This document shows positions 39,081-43,053 of a DNA stretch of 43,053 bases, piece by piece. A model generated the notes under the pieces. The model saw only the letters and a program-made list of their open reading frames with translations, had not been told where the DNA came from and did not search any database. Positions within the stretch are counted from its first letter, which is position 1; the number at the start of each line of letters is the position of its first letter. A program made the position numbers and the translations under genes. The DNA is from an uncultured Hydromonas sp. (lineage in GTDB: Bacteria; Pseudomonadota; Gammaproteobacteria; Burkholderiales; Burkholderiaceae). Location: contig CAZCDD010000001.1 in the NCBI GenBank assembly GCA_964497405.1, forward strand, positions 1 to 43,053. Direction: 5' to 3'.

Positions 39081-40370
39081 CTAATCGGTGTGTCTGTGCA
39101 ACGGACGCAAGATTAAAACCATCGTCACGATGGACAGCGCAATGGCGGTGATAAATACCACGCGATGACCGAAGGCATCGGTCAACCCACCACCGACCAG
39201 ATGCATGCTGCTGGCGGCGATGACAAACAGGGTTGCTTGAAACGTATAGTCCACCCCAGCATACGCGCGGCGCGCATAGTGCATCATGGTGGCGAATAAA
39301 ATCACCGTGGACATGGTGTCAACGATGGGTTCAAACAGACTGATCACCCACCACAGCGTCGGTGTGTGCGGTATATAGGTCAAAGCGGTGTAGCCCAGAT
39401 TTGAGAACAGTTGCATCAGCGCGAGCATGAGCAGCAGATGTTGGTAATGAATGCGCTGCCAGCGCCACAAAAATCCGGCGATGAGGCCGGAAATCCCACC
39501 CAGAATGATGGCGTAGTTCGCCGCATGACCGATGGTGGCTTTGCTTATGCCGTAATCCACGGCGAACGGGCGCACTACGGTGGAGATCAAGCCATCGGGT
39601 AGCTTGTACGCGACCAACAGCAATAGCCAATACGGCACGCCGCTGGTTTGCACAAAGCCTTTGATGATGCTGAGTAATGAGTGTGTGGCTGGGTGTGTTG
39701 CAGGGTGTGCGCCATGGCCGTTGTCAGAGCCGTTCCATTGACTCAACGCGCGATGTAGCGCCGAGTCGCGCTGCCCCCACAGTTCGTACAGCACTGGCAG
39801 ATAACCCAGGGCGAGGATCAATACGATCAGTTGCATACCCACTTGCCAACCGATTGACGCGTAGTAGCTGAGGAACAATCCGCCGCTGATGAGCATGCCG
39901 AGTTTGTAGGCAACCACTTGCAAACTGTTGGCAAAACCGCGCTCCTGATCGTTCAACAGGCGCACGGTCAGACCATCGGTGAGAATATCTTGACTGGCCA
40001 TGATGAAGTTCGCCAATAACAATAATACCAACACCATCAGCGTCGTATGCTGCTGCGCGAATGCATCGGCAATCGGCTGTACGCTCAGCGCCAACCAACA
40101 CAGCGCGGTCAGAATGAACGATAGGGCGATGTAGTAGGCTTTGCGGGTTGATTGATCGAGCCAGCGCGACCACAGCAATTTGATCGACCAAGGAATGCCG
40201 ATCAGACTGAAGGCGGAAATCCACATCTGCGCGACGCCTTGCTCGCGCATGAGCACCGGCAGCGTGTAGGCGATCAAACCGCCGGGCAACCCTTGTGCGA
40301 GGTACAGACCGGCGATCAGCAGGTATTTGTGCCACAGGGCTGTGGGGCGTGCAGAGTCAGACGCATTCAT
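39081..40370 (-). CDS. MFS transporter, AmpG/PAT-family-like
   Basis: I prefer the ATG at 40370 (MNASDS..), 5 nt after the M48 stop. LYLAQGLPGGL...FSLIGIPWSIKLLWSRWLDQ parallels the AmpG LGFASGLP...FSLVG..Y.FKFLWSPLMD. About 429 aa and 12+ TM segments. Confidence 0.7.
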   Translation of the reverse strand: MNASDSARPTALWHKYLLIAGLYLAQGLPGGLIAYTLPVLMREQGVAQMWISAFSLIGIPWSIKLLWSRWLDQSTRKAYYIALSFILTALCWLALSVQPIADAFAQQHTTLMVLVLLLLANFIMASQDILTDGLTVRLLNDQERGFANSLQVVAYKLGMLISGGLFLSYYASIGWQVGMQLIVLILALGYLPVLYELWGQRDSALHRALSQWNGSDNGHGAHPATHPATHSLLSIIKGFVQTSGVPYWLLLLVAYKLPDGLISTVVRPFAVDYGISKATIGHAANYAIILGGISGLIAGFLWRWQRIHYQHLLLMLALMQLFSNLGYTALTYIPHTPTLWWVISLFEPIVDTMSTVILFATMMHYARRAYAGVDYTFQATLFVIAASSMHLVGGGLTDAFGHRVVFITAIALSIVTMVLILRPLHRHTD

Positions 40371-40375
40371 GCGGT

Positions 40376-41212
40376 TTATGGTTGTGGTGTGGCGGGGGCT
40401 TTGTACCACGGGTTGGTCGTGGTGCTTCCTTGCGTATTCAGGCCGTGTTGCGTGGCGTATTGGCGCAGGTGGGTTTGCCGTTTTTGCGTGTCGGGGTGGG
40501 TGGCGAGCCATTGCGGCAGCCAGCTTTTACGCGGTGTTTCGTGTTCGGCTTGTGCAAGCAGTTGATACATCTCGATGCCACCGGCGATGCTGCCGTAGTG
40601 CGCTTGTAAGGCGTGCAGCGCGGTTTCATCGGCGGCGGTTTCTTGCCCGCGGCTGTAGGACAGCATGCCGAGCATCAGGCTTTGGTTAACCGCTGTTTGT
40701 TGACCGAAAATCGTGGCTTGCGCCAGTTGCAGCAGTGCGGATTGGGTGACGGCTTTGAGCGAATCGCGGTGTTGCAGATGCGCCATTTCGTGCGCCAATA
40801 CCATGCTCAGTGCTTGCTCGGTCGGTGCTTTTTCGAGTAGTCCTTGCATGACCACGATGTGTCCGCCGAAGGTGGCAAACGCATTGATATCTGGTTCTTT
40901 GCTGACATGAATTTTGACTTGCATGCCTTGCGGTAGCTGCATGTTTTTGGCCAATTGATCGGCCAGATTTTGTAGCTGCTCATCGGTTTGCGTGTCATCC
41001 ATCAGGCTTTGAGCCAGCGGTGCCAAGTAGCGCTGCTCGTAAGCGTAGGGCAGGTAGTGTCCCACCAACCACGCGATGCCGCGCGCGAGTGCGAACAGTA
41101 GGGCGATCAGCAGCGCCGCTTGCGCAACGAGCTGCCACCATTCGCGCGCAGCCGGCTCGTGCGTGATGTTGGGATTTTGACTCTCGTCTAATTTGGGGTT
41201 CTCGATGCGCAT
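40376..41212 (-). CDS. M48-family zinc metallopeptidase, membrane-anchored
   Basis: 278 aa. One N-terminal TM segment, the HEMAH zinc motif (LAHEMAHLQHRD) and a downstream E..AD third-ligand region. Confidence 0.85.
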   Translation of the reverse strand: MRIENPKLDESQNPNITHEPAAREWWQLVAQAALLIALLFALARGIAWLVGHYLPYAYEQRYLAPLAQSLMDDTQTDEQLQNLADQLAKNMQLPQGMQVKIHVSKEPDINAFATFGGHIVVMQGLLEKAPTEQALSMVLAHEMAHLQHRDSLKAVTQSALLQLAQATIFGQQTAVNQSLMLGMLSYSRGQETAADETALHALQAHYGSIAGGIEMYQLLAQAEHETPRKSWLPQWLATHPDTQKRQTHLRQYATQHGLNTQGSTTTNPWYKAPATPQP

Positions 41213-41228
41213 GCTGCTGGCTAAGGGT

Positions 41229-41690
41229 TTATTGATTGGATTCGGGTGGTAGGTAGCCTGCCGTGCCGAAGGCCATGGCCTCGACAGTAGAGGAATTGGA
41301 GTCGTCTTTGTTGATCGATACGGTGGTGAATTTGACGTTGCAAATCACGTTCGCCCCTTGTTTTTGGGCATTTTCTTTCATGCGCAAAATCGCCTCGCGA
41401 CGCGCGCGATCGAGCAGACTTTCAAACGAGTTGACTTGGCCGCCAAACAGGCTGCGCAACCATGCGATGAATTGCTTGAAGTAGTCCGAGGCGATGACCA
41501 CATTGCCCATGACCAATTGCGCTTGAGTCAACTCGGGTGGCGGGGTTTTGGTGCTGATCAGCAGGATGTGGCGCAAAGCATCCTCGCGCTGCACGATCTG
41601 CGCATAGTGTTTGCGTTCGGCGCGGCGGCCAAAGACAAAGCCGAGCAGCATCAGACAGAGGAATGTAACAAATTGAAACAGAATATCCAT
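41229..41690 (-). CDS. YbjQ (UPF0145)-domain protein with N-terminal transmembrane anchor
   Basis: 153 aa. TM segment MDILFQFVTFLCLMLLGFVF followed by a YbjQ_1 domain (GNVVIASDYFK....SLFGG....ES......R.EA..RM...A...GANVICNVKF). Confidence 0.75.
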   Translation of the reverse strand: MDILFQFVTFLCLMLLGFVFGRRAERKHYAQIVQREDALRHILLISTKTPPPELTQAQLVMGNVVIASDYFKQFIAWLRSLFGGQVNSFESLLDRARREAILRMKENAQKQGANVICNVKFTTVSINKDDSNSSTVEAMAFGTAGYLPPESNQ

Positions 41691-41695
41691 GATCG

Positions 41696-42037
41696 TCAGT
41701 CTGCTTGGTGAATACCATTGATTGGTTCAACGGTTACGGCGCTGCCGTAGGCGAAAATTTCCGCTGCGCCGGCGGTGATCGCTGAGGTGGAGAAGCGCAC
41801 GTTCAACACTGCGTTCGCACCGAGCTGACGCGCTTGTTCCTGCATGCGGGCGATGGCTTCTTTACGTGATTCTTCGAGTAGCTCGGTGTAGCCGCGCAAT
41901 TCACCGCCGAAAACGTTTTTTACGCTGGCCATAAAGTCGCGACCGGCGTGTTTGCTGCGTACGGTGGAGCCTTGCACCAGTCCGAGGTGTTTGACGATAC
42001 GGTATTCCGGCAGGGTTTCGAGATTGGTTAGCAGCAT
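41696..42037 (-). CDS. YbjQ family protein (UPF0145)
   Basis: ATG at 42037 (MLLTNLETLPEYRIV..), 113 aa, collinear with E. coli YbjQ (..G.V.G..V.......DF.A....V.GG....Y..L....R..A...M...A..LGANAV..V). Confidence 0.85.
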   Translation of the reverse strand: MLLTNLETLPEYRIVKHLGLVQGSTVRSKHAGRDFMASVKNVFGGELRGYTELLEESRKEAIARMQEQARQLGANAVLNVRFSTSAITAGAAEIFAYGSAVTVEPINGIHQAD

Positions 42038-42190
42038 GTGGATTCCTTTGGTCTGAGGGTGTGAATGAGGCATTATACATGTGCTGGTGTGCTTGTTTTT
42101 GGTTCACGCGGCGTGACGGTGCACAACTGTGGACGAAAAGCGGGTGATTGGTCGTGAGATTTGCACCAAATTGTTCTGTTTCGATGGTTT

Positions 42191-42207
42191 TGCACTTATA
42201 TGGTGCG
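42191..42207. promoter_or_regulatory. NtrC-type imperfect palindrome TGCACTTATATGGTGCG
   Basis: Fits TGCAC-N7-GGTGC. Additional TGCAC half-sites occur at about 42120, 42162 and 42235. It overlaps the -24 element of the sigma54-like promoter, so its role is ambiguous. Confidence 0.35.
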
Positions 42208-42216
42208 ATGTTTGCT
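42201..42216 (+). promoter_or_regulatory. sigma54-type promoter upstream of amt
   Basis: TGGTGC-GATGT-TTGCT against the consensus TGGCAC-N5-TTGCW. The GG (42202-42203) and GC (42214-42215) are at the exact canonical spacing, about 100 nt upstream of the amt start. Confidence 0.5.
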
Positions 42217-42314
42217 CTGTTTTGGGCGAATCATTGCACCATGTTGAATTTACCATGATGCCATTTTAGTCAACCCCGCCATCCTTTTAGGATGGATATA
42301 CGAGGAGAGTCAGG

Positions 42315-43053
42315 GTGAATCCTTCTGAAACAGCCAGTTTGAGCCAATTGATGCAGCTGCAAACCGGTATTGATACCATGTTTTTATTGCTCGGCGCGGT
42401 GATGGTTTTGGCCATGCACGCGGGTTTTGCCTTTTTGGAGCTGGGTACGGTGCGCCAAAAGAACCAAGTGAATGCGTTGGTGAAAATTTTGGTGGATTTC
42501 GCGGTATCGACCATCGTGTATTTTTTTGTCGGTTTTGGCATTGCGTATGGCAAGCATTTTTTCGGCAGCGCGCAAAGCATGGTGGAGAATAACGGCGTTG
42601 AGCTGGTACGCTTTTTCTTCCTGCTGACCTTTGCTGCGGCCATTCCTGCAATTATTTCCGGTGGGATTGCCGAGCGCGCGAAATTTTTGCCGCAGGTGAT
42701 TGCGACTTCGCTGCTGGTTGGGCTGGTTTATCCGATTTTTGAGGGCATGGTGTGGCACGGTAATTTGGGCGTGCAAGGTGTATTCAAAGCATGGTTCGGC
42801 GAGGAGTTCAAAGATTTTGCCGGCTCGGTCGTGGTGCACGCGGTCGGCGGCTGGATGGGCTTGGTCGCGGTGCTGATGCTCGGCGCGCGTCGCGGGCGCT
42901 ATAGTAAAGAAGGGCGTATTTCTGCACACCCGCCATCGAATATTCCATTTTTGGCGCTGGGTGCGTGGACGCTGACGGTGGGTTGGTTCGGTTTTAATGT
43001 GATGAGCGCGCAAAAAATCTCGGATATTTCCGGCTTGGTCGCGGTCAATTCGC
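42315..43053 (+). CDS. amt: ammonium transporter (Amt family), 3'-truncated by the window end
   Basis: Not in the ORF track because there is no stop in the window. GTG at 42315 follows SD GAGGAGAG and an in-frame stop at 42288. Translation ...MFLLLGAVMVLAMHAGFAFLELGTVRQKN...AAIPAIISGGIAERAKF...DFAGSVVVHAVGGW...GWFGFN is classic Amt. The listed minus-strand ORFs here are shadows. Confidence 0.9.
   Translation, partial: MNPSETASLSQLMQLQTGIDTMFLLLGAVMVLAMHAGFAFLELGTVRQKNQVNALVKILVDFAVSTIVYFFVGFGIAYGKHFFGSAQSMVENNGVELVRFFFLLTFAAAIPAIISGGIAERAKFLPQVIATSLLVGLVYPIFEGMVWHGNLGVQGVFKAWFGEEFKDFAGSVVVHAVGGWMGLVAVLMLGARRGRYSKEGRISAHPPSNIPFLALGAWTLTVGWFGFNVMSAQKISDISGLVAVNS

Noticed and set aside
42287-43013. 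Three minus-strand ORFs (113-209 aa) that are the only track entries at the window end
   Set aside because: They are antisense shadows of the plus-strand Amt gene. That gene is missing from the track only because it has no stop codon within the window.

Overview
This 43-kb window is chromosomal and mostly housekeeping. Gene content and synteny suggest a mid-GC betaproteobacterium, but that is inference only: hrcA-hemH lies divergent from a block ending in nadK-recN, ptsN-hprK-rapZ is proteobacterial in type, and hemA-prfA is present. I support about 40 CDS. They include rplI; ptsN-hprK-rapZ; a Bcr-type MFS pump; hrcA-hemH; a Dph6-like ATPase, a nitronate monooxygenase, gpr, nadK and recN; and argA-yggX. 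Further on are an NlpC/P60 hydrolase, hemA-prfA, a DASS anion permease, an ABCD/SbmA-like fused ABC transporter, ubiD, a DUF2059 gene, an orphan gene followed by nnr, and yhhQ with a QueF-like gene. The rest are ackA-pta, an OlsB-like N-acyltransferase, gcvT-gcvH-(GIY-YIG)-gcvP, a Tim44-like protein, a YbjQ/YbjQ/M48/AmpG-like operon, and a 5'-partial-window amt gene. The amt gene is absent from the ORF track because it runs off the end of the window. Features not visible in the ORF track are a tandem glycine riboswitch upstream of gcvT, several Rho-independent terminators, sigma70-type promoters (frequent TACAAT -10), NtrC-type palindromes, and a sigma54-like promoter at amt. I found no rRNA, tRNA, CRISPR array, transposase, integrase or recognisable defence system. 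I do not see convincing evidence for a wholly new multi-gene system. The best candidates for a second look are: (1) an AT-rich GIY-YIG nuclease cassette bracketed by 21-bp terminal inverted palindromes, inserted between gcvH and gcvP; (2) the tightly packed YbjQ-YbjQ(TM)-M48 peptidase-AmpG-like permease operon; (3) a YhhQ transporter paired with a short, motif-degenerate QueF-like T-fold protein; (4) a near-consensus NtrC operator in front of a DASS carboxylate or anion permease. All homology calls come from reading the translated sequences and remembered family motifs. No searches were run.
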